Shown in pieces: positions 39,604-48,720 of a DNA stretch of 64,000 nt (its first letter is position 1; each line of letters starts with the position of its first letter). The stretch is taken from contig CP070764.1 of the NCBI GenBank assembly GCA_020349245.1, forward strand, positions 2,770,723 to 2,834,722. Direction: 5' to 3'. This stretch comes from Chloroflexota bacterium. GTDB lineage: Bacteria > Chloroflexota > Anaerolineae > Anaerolineales > UBA4823. Both the position numbers and the translations under genes were made by a program. The notes beneath the pieces are model-generated. The model was not told where the DNA came from. It searched no databases and saw only the letters and a list, made by a program, of their open reading frames with translations.

Positions 39604-40233
39604 TTGAGAGAAAAAGTTCGCCCAGAACCTTTGCCCTTGGATGAAATTCACAGAGTTGCTGGAGTCGATGCCAGTCATAAAAATAATCTTGCTTGTGCTG
39701 CAGTAGTTGTGTTTGATTTCCCCAGCCTTGAGCCAATCGAACAATCTATTGTCGATTTTCAGCTTTCATTTCCATACATACCTGGCTTGTTATCATTTCG
39801 CGAAGCACCTGGTATGCTCAAGGCGATCGAACGCTTAACCCAGCTGCCCGACGTGCTCATAGTAGATGGACACGGGCAAGCTCATCCAAGGCGCTTTGGA
39901 CTCGCCTGCCACCTGGGCGTTTGCCTTGATTTACCAGCCATTGGTTGTGCAAAATCAATCCTGGTTGGCAGATTAGCACCATTAGGATTGAAAAGCGGCA
40001 GTACTGCCGCGCTTTCCCTGGAGAAAGAGGTTCTTGGCATCGGTCTGCGGACCAGGACGAATGTCAAACCAGTTTATCTTTCAACCGGCCACCGCATGGA
40101 TTTGATCTCAGCCCAGCAGATAATTCTCGCTTGCAGTAGGGGTTACCGCCTCCCAGAACCAATCCGCCTCGCCCACCACCTGGCAAAGTCAGCTAGCAAT
40201 GCTCTGCCCGACGAATCTGTACGGATCGGTTGA
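39604..40233 (+). CDS. nfi: Endonuclease V (N-terminus probably extends upstream of the first canonical start)
   Basis: GVDASH, PYIPGLLSFREAP, VDGHGQAHPRRFGLACHLG, IGCAKS. The in-frame upstream codons encode the conserved WDLTPEEARQIQERL block (39562-39603) but contain no ATG, GTG or TTG. Confidence 0.85.
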   Translation: MREKVRPEPLPLDEIHRVAGVDASHKNNLACAAVVVFDFPSLEPIEQSIVDFQLSFPYIPGLLSFREAPGMLKAIERLTQLPDVLIVDGHGQAHPRRFGLACHLGVCLDLPAIGCAKSILVGRLAPLGLKSGSTAALSLEKEVLGIGLRTRTNVKPVYLSTGHRMDLISAQQIILACSRGYRLPEPIRLAHHLAKSASNALPDESVRIG

Positions 40234-40312
40234 CGAATCAAGCAAGTCGGCTTATACTCTGAACACTGGAGAGATACTGTTATGGGAGTTCTCGATACAG
40301 GTAAAACTAATG

Positions 40313-40346
40313 CAGGCACGCGTTCTTGACGCGTGCCTGTTTCGTT
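40313..40346 (+). terminator. Rho-independent terminator after nfi
   Basis: caggcacgcg / cgcgtgcctg form a perfect 10-bp stem with a 7-nt loop, followed by tttcgtt. Confidence 0.65.
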
Positions 40347-40377
40347 ATCTATCTCACCTTTAAGGAGGTAATATACG

Positions 40378-40617
40378 ATGGATTATGGGATGATCGGCAA
40401 GCTGGAAAAAGCGAAGCGGTATGCCAATCAACGAGAGCGAATACATTTCGAAACGTTCAAAGTGACTTTTGAGGGAGAAAACAACCCTCACACAGTTAAT
40501 TACGAAGTAGGTGAATGGCGTTGTGATTGCGATTTCTTTCAGACCCGGGGACGCTGCAGCCACACGATCGCACTCGAGATGATCCTTGAGGAGATGATTC
40601 CCGAGCCCGTTCCCTGA
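40378..40617 (+). CDS. Small SWIM zinc-finger protein
   Basis: AAGGAGG RBS. CxC-x(n)-CxH pattern (WRCDCDFFQTRGRCSH). 79 aa. Confidence 0.65.
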   Translation: MDYGMIGKLEKAKRYANQRERIHFETFKVTFEGENNPHTVNYEVGEWRCDCDFFQTRGRCSHTIALEMILEEMIPEPVP

Positions 40618-40661
40618 AAGAATGATGAAGAAAGAAACCTTTTACAGGTTGCCAGAAAGAT

Positions 40662-40687
40662 GAGCCCATTCCGGGCTCTTTTTTTTA
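40662..40687 (+). terminator. Rho-independent terminator
   Basis: gagccc attcc gggctc followed by an 8-T run. Confidence 0.7.
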
Positions 40688-41030
40688 TGCTTCTTCCGCA
40701 TGTCCAGGGGAACGTTTTACTGCTGGCTCCATGCTTATCGTCACATATCTTCAGGGACTCTGATTATTGGAAATAGGATTTTTCAATGCTCAAATCCCCA
40801 AGGGTCATTGCACCTTAATTTCTCTTACTTACATAAATGGGTCGATCAACCGCATGAAAATTTAAATAACAGGCAAAAATAAAAGCTAACTAGCGACTAG
40901 TTATCCCGGTAAATTGGTGCATTATTATCCCTGCAGCAACCCGGGAATCAGTTGAGGAACTTCAAAATAGCATTTATACTGCTACAATAGAGTCCATTCT
41001 TATCAGATTCAAAATTCAGGAGAAAAATAT

Positions 41031-42641
41031 ATGGTTCAAGAATGCTCACCTCGTCCACATAGCCCTGTTGATCTGGACACGCATAATTTACGAAACCTGA
41101 AAATAATGAATTGGAACCTGCCCACGCCTTCTCTTTACGAGGAGTCCTTGAAGCGTAATGAAGCCATCATGGCTCATCTTGGCCCGTTGGTAGTTCGCAC
41201 TGGCCAATTTACCGGTCGATCACCAAATGACAAGTTCATCGTCGATGAGCCCACCAGCCGCGGCTGTGTCTGGTGGGGAGATGTCAACCGGCCAATAAGT
41301 GAAGAACGTTTTGAGGAACTTCACCGCCGGATGGCATCTTATCTACAAGGAAAAGATGTGTTTGTTCAGGATTGTTATGCAGGTGCGGATCCAGATTATC
41401 GATTGTCGGTACGCATCATCACCCAATATGCATGGCACAGCCTGTTCGCCCGCAATATGTTCATCATACCCAGCCAAGACGAGCTGGCCACCTTTGAACC
41501 TGAATTTGTCGTTATCGATTGTCCTGGTTTCCACGCCTTCCCAGAAGTGGATAAGACAAATTCGGATGCCTTTATATTGGTAAATTTTGCCAAGAAACTA
41601 GTCCTGATCGGGGGCACCGAATATGCTGGTGAGATTAAGAAGTCTGTCTTCACCGCGATGAATTATTTCCTGCCATTTGAAGATGTATTACCCATGCACT
41701 GTTCTGCAAATTATGGAGCAGAGGGTGATGTGGCTTTATTCTTCGGCCTCAGTGGTACAGGCAAAACAACGCTTTCTGCCGATAAAAGCCGCACCCTGAT
41801 CGGGGATGATGAGCACGGCTGGAGCAAGAATGGAGTCTTTAATTTCGAGGGGGGTTGTTATGCCAAGGTAATCAAGTTGTCGCCTGAGGCCGAGCCTGAA
41901 ATTTACCAGACGACCCGCCGTTTCGGAACAATCCTCGAAAATGTCGGCATTGATGTTGATAACCGGCGACTCGACCTGGACGATGCCTCCCTGACCGAAA
42001 ACACGCGCGCTGCATATCCCATCTCACACATCCCCAATGCGACCCGGACAGGAATGGGCGATCATCCCCAGAACATTATCCTCCTCACTGCAGATGCCTT
42101 CGGCATACTGCCGCCTATATCCAGGTTGAATGCTGATCAAACCATGTACCATTTCATCTCTGGCTATACGGCAAAGGTCGCCGGAACCGAGCGGGGGGTC
42201 ACTGAACCAAAAGCGACCTTCAGCGCCTGCTTCGGAGCACCCTTCATGGCTCAACACCCAGCCGTCTATGCTGATTTACTGGGCAGCTTGATCGACCAAC
42301 ATAATGTCAAATGCTGGCTGGTCAATACCGGTTGGACCGGCGGTTCCTTCGGCGTGGGGGAGCGGATCAAGCTCGCTTACACCCGGGCCATGGTCAATGC
42401 TGCCTTGAGTGGAAAACTCGATCAGGTTGAATATATCCAGGATCCCATTTTCGGTGTCCAGGTGCCGACAAGCTGTCCGGAAGTGCCTGAATCCATTCTC
42501 CAACCGCGCCACACCTGGCAAGATTCAGAAGCATATGACCGCCAGGCTCAAAAATTAGCCAAAATGTTTTCTGACAATTTCACCCAATTTGCAGATCAGG
42601 TCTCCGGACCGATAAAGGATTCTGGTCCTCGGACTAACTAG
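41031..42641 (+). CDS. pckA: Phosphoenolpyruvate carboxykinase (ATP)
   Basis: Kinase-1a motif GLSGTGKTTLS, IGDDEHGW, and overall PckA-like sequence. 536 aa. Confidence 0.93.
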   Translation: MVQECSPRPHSPVDLDTHNLRNLKIMNWNLPTPSLYEESLKRNEAIMAHLGPLVVRTGQFTGRSPNDKFIVDEPTSRGCVWWGDVNRPISEERFEELHRRMASYLQGKDVFVQDCYAGADPDYRLSVRIITQYAWHSLFARNMFIIPSQDELATFEPEFVVIDCPGFHAFPEVDKTNSDAFILVNFAKKLVLIGGTEYAGEIKKSVFTAMNYFLPFEDVLPMHCSANYGAEGDVALFFGLSGTGKTTLSADKSRTLIGDDEHGWSKNGVFNFEGGCYAKVIKLSPEAEPEIYQTTRRFGTILENVGIDVDNRRLDLDDASLTENTRAAYPISHIPNATRTGMGDHPQNIILLTADAFGILPPISRLNADQTMYHFISGYTAKVAGTERGVTEPKATFSACFGAPFMAQHPAVYADLLGSLIDQHNVKCWLVNTGWTGGSFGVGERIKLAYTRAMVNAALSGKLDQVEYIQDPIFGVQVPTSCPEVPESILQPRHTWQDSEAYDRQAQKLAKMFSDNFTQFADQVSGPIKDSGPRTN

Positions 42642-42712
42642 CAGCGAAGACCGCATCAGAGGAGGTTTTCAAGTGGGATTGGGCTACCCAGCGGCTCTAG
42701 CGAAGGTCGATT

Positions 42713-44959
42713 ATGTCGAAAATCAAATTGAGTAATATCGCTGTTCTCACCAGTGGTGGTGACGCCCCTGGGATGAATGCTGCTATCCGGGCTGTGATCA
42801 GGACAGCCTTGACCCGGGGTATTGCGGTCTATGCCATCCATGATGGCTACCGCGGGATGGTTGCAGGCGGGGATAATATCATGATGATGGACTGGGATTC
42901 CGTTGGGGGAATCCTGCAGCAGGGGGGAACGGTGATCGGCACTGCTCGCTCGGATGAGTTTCGCACCCGGGAGGGAAGGCGGAAAGCTGCGTTGAACTTG
43001 ATCCGGGAGCACATTGACCGATTGGTGGTGATCGGGGGCGATGGCAGCTTGACCGGCGCAAATCTCTTTCGCCAGGAATGGCCGGATCTGATAAAGGAAT
43101 TGGTAGACCAGAATTTAATCGACCAGGAAACAGCTGAAAGTCATCCCCATCTGTTGATCGTTGGCCTGGTCGGTTCGATCGACAACGATATGTTCGGGAC
43201 CGATATGACTATCGGGGCGGATACCGCGCTGCACCGCATCACGGAAGCCATCGACGCCCTATCTAGCACAGCTGCCAGCCACAACCGCACCTTTGTTGTA
43301 GAAGTCATGGGGCGCCATTGCGGCTATTTAGCCTTGATGGGTGCAATCGCCACTGGCGCTGATTGGGTGCTGATCCCAGAAAATCCCCCTGAGGAAAATT
43401 GGGAAGACGAGTTGTGCCGGGCATTGGAATCTGGTCGGGATATCGGTCGCCAGCATGGGATCGTTGTCATTGCTGAAGGTGCGCATGACAGGAATGGGAA
43501 TCCAATCACCAGCACCTACACAAAACAGGTTTTAGAAACGCGATTGGGCGAAGAAGTCCGGGTCACTATTTTGGGTCATGTGCAGAGAGGAGGGGCGCCC
43601 AGCGCCTTCGATCGCTACCTGGGCACGGTCCAGGGATATGCCGCGCTGGAGGAGCTGCTGAATCAGCAACCTGATCAAGAACCACAGCTGGTTGGCATCC
43701 GCCAGCACGGCGTTGTCCGCTCCTCCCTGGTGGAATGTGTTGCCCAAACCCAGGAAGTTGCCAGGGTGATCCAAGCCCAGGATTTTGATACTGCCCTAAA
43801 GATGCGCGGGGGGAGCTTCGCAGAATCTTATCGCATCTTCCGCACCATCCTGCGCTCGCACCCGAATCCCGCAAAGCCCGGTGAACGTCAACATAATTTT
43901 GCCATCTTACATGCAGGGGGACTCGCGCCAGGGATGAACACCGCGGTCCGCGCCGCCGTTAGGCTCGGTATGGACAAAGGCCACAGGCTGCTGTCGATTG
44001 GGGGTGGTTTTCCTGGTCTGATCAGCGGCGATGTCAGTGAGCTGGGCTGGATGAGCATCAGCGGTTGGGTATCCAGGGGCGGAGCTGGGTTAGGGACAAG
44101 CCGTCATATCCCTGCAGGACGAGACTTTTACGCCATCGCCAAGAACCTTGAAGCGCACCAGGTGGATGGCTTGTTGATCATCGGCGGTTGGGCTGCTTAT
44201 CAAGGTGCATACGAGCTGTTCAACCGGCGGAATGATTTCCCCTCATTTAATATACCAATTATCTGTCTGCCTGCTTCGATTGATAACAACTTGCCCGGCA
44301 CCGAGCTGAGTATTGGTGCGGATACCGCCCTCAACAATATCGTCACCAACGTGGATAAAATCAAGCAGTCCGCAGTTGCTTCCCGGCGTTGTTTCGTGGT
44401 GGAGGTCATGGGGCGCGATTGTGGCTATCTCGCCCTGCTCAGCGGTATGGCCACAGGCGCGGAAAAAGCTTATCTACCAGAAGAACCAATTACCCTCGCC
44501 GATCTGCAGGGCGATGTTGCAGAGCTGAGCGCAGGATTCAGGGGGGGTAAACGATTGGGTTTGATGATCCGCAACGAATATGCCGGAGGTTTATACGATA
44601 CCAAATTCATGTCCACCCTCTTCGAACAAGAAGGAGGGGGTCTCTTCGATGTTCGCCAGGCAATTCTAGGGCATGTCCAACAGGGTGGTAATCCGTCTCC
44701 CTTTGACCGTATACAAGCGACCCGTCTTGCCTCCCAATGCATTGATTTTCTGCATGCTGAAGTTGGCAAGCCAACACCGGCTGCTTCCATGATCGGCTTG
44801 AAGGGGGGAGAAATCCAATTTACTAGTATTTATGATTTTCCCCGGTTGATCGAACCAGGTTTCCAAAGACCCAAGGAACAATGGTGGTTGAAGCTCTGCC
44901 CGATCGCGGCAACGATGGATCAACCACCAACAAAAGAAAATTCGAGCTCGATCAAATAA
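42713..44959 (+). CDS. pfk: Tandem-duplicated (eukaryote-type, ~750 aa) ATP-dependent 6-phosphofructokinase
   Basis: The N-half has SGGDAPGMNAAIRAV, GGDGSLTGA, GSIDNDMFGTDMTIGADTAL, MGRHCGYLAL and GHVQRGGAPSAFDR. The C-half (from about 43895) has GGLAPGMNTAVRAAV, GGWAAYQGA, ASIDNNLPGTELSIGADTAL, MGRDCGYLAL and GHVQQGGNPSPFDR. Confidence 0.9.
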   Translation: MSKIKLSNIAVLTSGGDAPGMNAAIRAVIRTALTRGIAVYAIHDGYRGMVAGGDNIMMMDWDSVGGILQQGGTVIGTARSDEFRTREGRRKAALNLIREHIDRLVVIGGDGSLTGANLFRQEWPDLIKELVDQNLIDQETAESHPHLLIVGLVGSIDNDMFGTDMTIGADTALHRITEAIDALSSTAASHNRTFVVEVMGRHCGYLALMGAIATGADWVLIPENPPEENWEDELCRALESGRDIGRQHGIVVIAEGAHDRNGNPITSTYTKQVLETRLGEEVRVTILGHVQRGGAPSAFDRYLGTVQGYAALEELLNQQPDQEPQLVGIRQHGVVRSSLVECVAQTQEVARVIQAQDFDTALKMRGGSFAESYRIFRTILRSHPNPAKPGERQHNFAILHAGGLAPGMNTAVRAAVRLGMDKGHRLLSIGGGFPGLISGDVSELGWMSISGWVSRGGAGLGTSRHIPAGRDFYAIAKNLEAHQVDGLLIIGGWAAYQGAYELFNRRNDFPSFNIPIICLPASIDNNLPGTELSIGADTALNNIVTNVDKIKQSAVASRRCFVVEVMGRDCGYLALLSGMATGAEKAYLPEEPITLADLQGDVAELSAGFRGGKRLGLMIRNEYAGGLYDTKFMSTLFEQEGGGLFDVRQAILGHVQQGGNPSPFDRIQATRLASQCIDFLHAEVGKPTPAASMIGLKGGEIQFTSIYDFPRLIEPGFQRPKEQWWLKLCPIAATMDQPPTKENSSSIK

Positions 44960-45024
44960 AGATATTATTCAGATTCAGCGTAGATATTATGGACACAGCG
45001 CTCAGATAGATTATTTGTGCACCT

Positions 45025-45882
45025 TTATATGGCTTGGCGGCGAAAATATTCCCAGATCATCCCCCGCTGCGGGGCAAAAAGAAAAGCCAGTAGAAATATG
45101 ATCGTGGTTGTCAGCACAATCGCAGCCCCTGAAACCACGTTGAGATGATAGCTGGCAAATAATCCAATCAGGCTGGAAAATCCCCCGATCAATCCAGATA
45201 GTAGCATCATGGCTGGCAAACGGCGCACGAATAAAAATGCTGTCGCAGCTGGCGTCACCAGCATAGCCGCCACCAATCCAACGCCCACGGTTTGGATGGA
45301 TATCACGATCGTCATCGCCAGGAGCACCAGCAGCAGGTTGTTCAACAGCCCGACCCGCATGCGCAAGGTTGCTGCCAGCACTGGATCAAACGAGATCACC
45401 AAGAATGGCTTATAGAAAACCAAGATAGAGAGAAGGATCACTGCCCCCAGGCCGGCGGTCAACCACAGATCAAGGTCGCTGACTCCCAGCACGTTGCCAA
45501 ACAGGATATGGCTCAAGTCGACTGCATAGGTACGAATGCTGCTGATCAGCACCACCCCCAGGGAAAGAGCCGCCGCAAAAAGCACTCCGATCGCAGTATC
45601 TTGCTTGATCATCCCTCTCCGTGAGAAAAGTCCCACACCTAGGGCTACCACCAATGCCGCAGCCAGCGCGCCGACGGTCAGGTTTCTACCGATCAGGTAA
45701 GCCACTGCAACTCCAGGCAGCACCGCGTGGGCCATGGCATCTCCAAGAAATGCCATTGAACGCAGGACTACATAACAACCGATCACCGAGCAGAGCACAC
45801 CAACCATCAAGGCGGCCAGCAGTCCACGCTGCATGAAGCCATAGCTCAGGGGAGTTAACAGCAATTCAAGGATCTCAACCAT
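45025..45882 (-). CDS. Metal (Zn/Mn) ABC transporter permease, ABC-3 family
   Basis: Polytopic membrane protein with ZnuB/MntB-like sequence. The ATG at 45882 overlaps the upstream stop (TGATG). Confidence 0.88.
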   Translation of the reverse strand: MVEILELLLTPLSYGFMQRGLLAALMVGVLCSVIGCYVVLRSMAFLGDAMAHAVLPGVAVAYLIGRNLTVGALAAALVVALGVGLFSRRGMIKQDTAIGVLFAAALSLGVVLISSIRTYAVDLSHILFGNVLGVSDLDLWLTAGLGAVILLSILVFYKPFLVISFDPVLAATLRMRVGLLNNLLLVLLAMTIVISIQTVGVGLVAAMLVTPAATAFLFVRRLPAMMLLSGLIGGFSSLIGLFASYHLNVVSGAAIVLTTTIIFLLAFLFAPQRGMIWEYFRRQAI

Positions 45883-46721
45883 CAGCCGATCTCCTCTTCT
45901 GGGGGACAGCATTGATCCACGACAGCAACGCCATCCAAGAATAAGACCTGGCTTCCAAATGCCTGGCTGAGATTGGCGGGCGTGAACACCTCCTGCGGGG
46001 AGCCATACGCAATCATGCGCTTATTAAGCAGCAGAACCTGATCAAATCGCTCCGAGGCCAGGGTCAGATCATGCGTGGAAACCATTGCAGTTACCTGCTG
46101 GACTTGCAGGTGCTCCAGAAGATCCAGCGCCGCTTCCTGGGTAGTAAAATCCACACCGGTAAAAGGTTCATCCATCAGCAAGATATGTGGTTCCTGGGCC
46201 AGGGAACGGGCAAGGAAAGCCCGCTGTTGCTGGCCGCCAGAGAGCTCCCCGATGGGGCGATATGCCAGATCTGCAATGCCCAGCTGTTCGAGGGAGTGGA
46301 AGACAATTTCCCTGTCGACCTTGCTGGCACGCTTGAACCAGCCCTGCCGGCCGAAGCGCCCCATCATGACCACATCGAAAACGGTGACTGGAAAACGCCA
46401 ATCGACCTCTTCGCGCTGCGGAACATAAGCCACACAATCCCGGTGATGGCCTAGAGGTTGCCCATGAATTTGTATCTGGCCTGAACTCAGCTGCACCAGT
46501 CCTACCAGCGCTTTGAATAGCGTTGTTTTTCCAGCGGCATTTGGACCGACAACTGCCAGGCGCGCTCCATGGGCCACTTGGAAGGTCAGATCCTGCAGTG
46601 CTGCATGACCATTGTAGCTTACCCGTACATTGCTGATATCCAAGCGCGCCGGTTCGTCCGGTATAGGTTGGGGAAATCCTGCAGGAATATCGCTGTTTTC
46701 CATGCGAATTGTAGACTCCAT
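45882..46721 (-). CDS. Metal ABC transporter ATP-binding protein
   Basis: Walker A GPNAAGKTT, signature LSGGQQQR, Walker B ILLMDEP. The start may be the internal Met at 46703. Confidence 0.9.
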   Translation of the reverse strand: MESTIRMENSDIPAGFPQPIPDEPARLDISNVRVSYNGHAALQDLTFQVAHGARLAVVGPNAAGKTTLFKALVGLVQLSSGQIQIHGQPLGHHRDCVAYVPQREEVDWRFPVTVFDVVMMGRFGRQGWFKRASKVDREIVFHSLEQLGIADLAYRPIGELSGGQQQRAFLARSLAQEPHILLMDEPFTGVDFTTQEAALDLLEHLQVQQVTAMVSTHDLTLASERFDQVLLLNKRMIAYGSPQEVFTPANLSQAFGSQVLFLDGVAVVDQCCPPEEEIG

Positions 46722-46742
46722 GTTTCCAAAATCTGCGCCCAG

Positions 46743-47654
46743 CTACCTGAGTGCTTCCACGATTAACTGCGTATTGTACTTCATCATCTCAATATAGCCA
46801 CCCGGTGGGACCACCGAATGCGTGAGCAGATCTCCTACCACTTTTACACCTGCCTCCCGGGCTACCTGGTCTGCCAGCTCGGGATTGGTACCAGACTCGA
46901 GAAAAATCGCACCCGTACCTGAGTTCTTGATGGCTTCGATCAATTCAACCAGCTGTTGAGCTGTCGGAGAAGATCCTGTGCTTACACTGGGGATAATCGT
47001 CCCAACAACTTCGAAACCATATCGCTCAGCGAAGTAGCCAAAACTCTCGTGGTTAGTGACCAGATTGCGCTTCTGTTTCGGGATTTGTGCAACCTGGTTG
47101 TCGATCCAGGCATCCAATTCCTTCAACTCAAGCACGTAGTCATCAGTATATTGAATATATTCAGCTTTACCGGCTGGATCCAAAGTGATATATCCATCCC
47201 GGATCGACTCCGCATAATGGATCACGTAATTTGGATCTAGCCAAAAGTGAGGGTCACCCGGGCGGGTGGATCTCTCTGCAAGGCCTTGGGCCGCTTCGAT
47301 GACCAGCTGCTCACCTCCTGCGTTATCAATGACCTCCTGCAGCCACTCCTCCAGACCGGCACCATTGATAATTACGACATCGCTCTCCACAATCTTGGCT
47401 ACATCCTGGGGAGTCGGTTGAAAAGTATGTGGATCCTTACTCCCTTGAACCAATACTTCTACAGTAAACCGTTCCCCGGCCACAGCCTGGGCGATATCGC
47501 CCAGAAATGATTCAACTGCTAGTACGTGCAAGCCGTCTTCTGCTGCACTCCGGCTACTGGATTGGGCGGTTGGCAACTCGCTCGTTTGGCAGGAAGCGAG
47601 AAACAAGCTCCCCAGCACGAGTAGCGCTTCTAGAAAAATTCGCCTTCTGTCCAT
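46743..47654 (-). CDS. Metal-binding lipoprotein, TroA/ZnuA family substrate-binding protein
   Basis: Lipobox LFLASC. It has the DPHTF and DPHFWLDP motifs typical of cluster A-I SBPs. No long His-rich loop is present. Confidence 0.88.
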   Translation of the reverse strand: MDRRRIFLEALLVLGSLFLASCQTSELPTAQSSSRSAAEDGLHVLAVESFLGDIAQAVAGERFTVEVLVQGSKDPHTFQPTPQDVAKIVESDVVIINGAGLEEWLQEVIDNAGGEQLVIEAAQGLAERSTRPGDPHFWLDPNYVIHYAESIRDGYITLDPAGKAEYIQYTDDYVLELKELDAWIDNQVAQIPKQKRNLVTNHESFGYFAERYGFEVVGTIIPSVSTGSSPTAQQLVELIEAIKNSGTGAIFLESGTNPELADQVAREAGVKVVGDLLTHSVVPPGGYIEMMKYNTQLIVEALR

Positions 47655-47700
47655 GGGATCATTCCCGAAAGTACAATTATTCAGCCCAACCTCAACAGGG

Positions 47701-48171
47701 TCATTTCATAAATTCTAAGTCAGGCGAAGCTTGACAATTAGTGCAGTATCCAAAGAACTGCAGCCAGTGTTCCTTAATCTGAAAACCGCTCTTTTCAGCA
47801 GTCTTGTTGATCAAAACAGACAAATCATCCCCGCTGAAATACTCTACCTGTCCACAGGTTTTGCACAACAGCAAGTGTTCATGACCTTCGGGAGATCGCA
47901 GGTACATGTTGCATCCGCCCGGCTGGTGGACCCGCTGGATCAGGTCTAATTGCTCCAGCTTTTCAAGCGTCCGGTAAACTGTAACCAGACCCAGTTGAGG
48001 ATGCATTTTGCGACCCAGATCGAATATCGCGGTAGCATCCAGGGCCTGAGGGGCACGGGCGACGATTGAGACTATCGCCCGGCGGGGGGCGGTAAGACGA
48101 TAGCCGCTCTCCTGCAGGCTTTGAAGCCACGATTCTTCCAAGACATTCTCTGAGTGAATTGACATCTGCAT
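47701..48171 (-). CDS. Fur-family metalloregulator (Zur-like)
   Basis: Winged-helix N-terminus (YRLTAPRRAIVSIV) and two CxxC pairs (CKTCG, CTNC). ATG at 48171 or 48165 gives about 155 aa. The track ORF 48330 extension runs through the promoter. Confidence 0.85.
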   Translation of the reverse strand: MQMSIHSENVLEESWLQSLQESGYRLTAPRRAIVSIVARAPQALDATAIFDLGRKMHPQLGLVTVYRTLEKLEQLDLIQRVHQPGGCNMYLRSPEGHEHLLLCKTCGQVEYFSGDDLSVLINKTAEKSGFQIKEHWLQFFGYCTNCQASPDLEFMK

Positions 48172-48176
48172 ATTAT

Positions 48177-48191
48177 TGAAAATGATTTTCA
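48177..48191. promoter_or_regulatory. Fur/Zur-type 7-1-7 operator
   Basis: TGAAAATGATTTTCA is a perfect 7-1-7 palindrome. It lies between the -10 element and the ATG of the Fur-family gene. Confidence 0.65.
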
Positions 48192-48196
48192 ATTTC

Positions 48197-48224
48197 ATTA
48201 TATACTTACCCAAGCTTTTGTCAA
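48197..48224 (-). promoter_or_regulatory. Sigma-70 promoter TTGACA-16-TATAAT of the fur-family/metal uptake operon
   Basis: The minus strand reads ttgaca aaagcttgggtaagta tataat. Only about 25 nt separate the -10 from the ATG at 48171. Confidence 0.6.
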
Positions 48225-48401
48225 GCCGTTTCATCTTGGAAATAATATCCGTCCACGCTGCTTCCCAACCAGTGATCTGAAGGGTCCCTCCTGAAACAGT
48301 CGCTCCAGAAGAGGTTGGTATTGACTGCATTCCACCGTGAGCGAAGGGAATTCCACTCGAATGAGGCGTCGTCTATCGAGAATAATAAATCCCAGAAACT
48401 C

Positions 48402-48451
48402 TGTTACAGATTTGTAACCTATCAGACATCCGGGTGTTACAGATTTATAAG
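48402..48451. repeat. Direct repeat TGTTACAGATTT (x2); first copy within the palindrome GTTACA-N4-TGTAAC
   Basis: 48402-48413 and 48435-48446 are identical 12-mers. 48403-48418 is an inverted repeat. This is a likely operator in the 390-nt region upstream of the oxidoreductase operon. Confidence 0.45.
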
Positions 48452-48720
48452 ATACTATTTACCAAATTCAATTTGACTCTGATTACTTTACAAGGTTTCG
48501 ATTCTTCAAATGCGGTTTAAACCCAAATACACTTCAATTGGTATATTAATCGACCTGCAGAGAGTAAGACTTTTATCTTGGCGAAATTAACTACTCGGTG
48601 CAATTAGGCGCAAGAGTAAAGGGAATTATTTTCCTTCATGAATAGAAGACAAAAGCATTAACCACCAAATTCAATGAAGCAATTCCTTAATCTCACAAAC
48701 CCTTCATTCAGCAAAAGGCG

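Noticed and set aside
40283-40330. 15-codon ORF MGVLDTGKTNAGTRS between nfi and the SWIM gene
   Set aside because: It has no RBS, and it overlaps the terminator hairpin of nfi. It is probably fortuitous.
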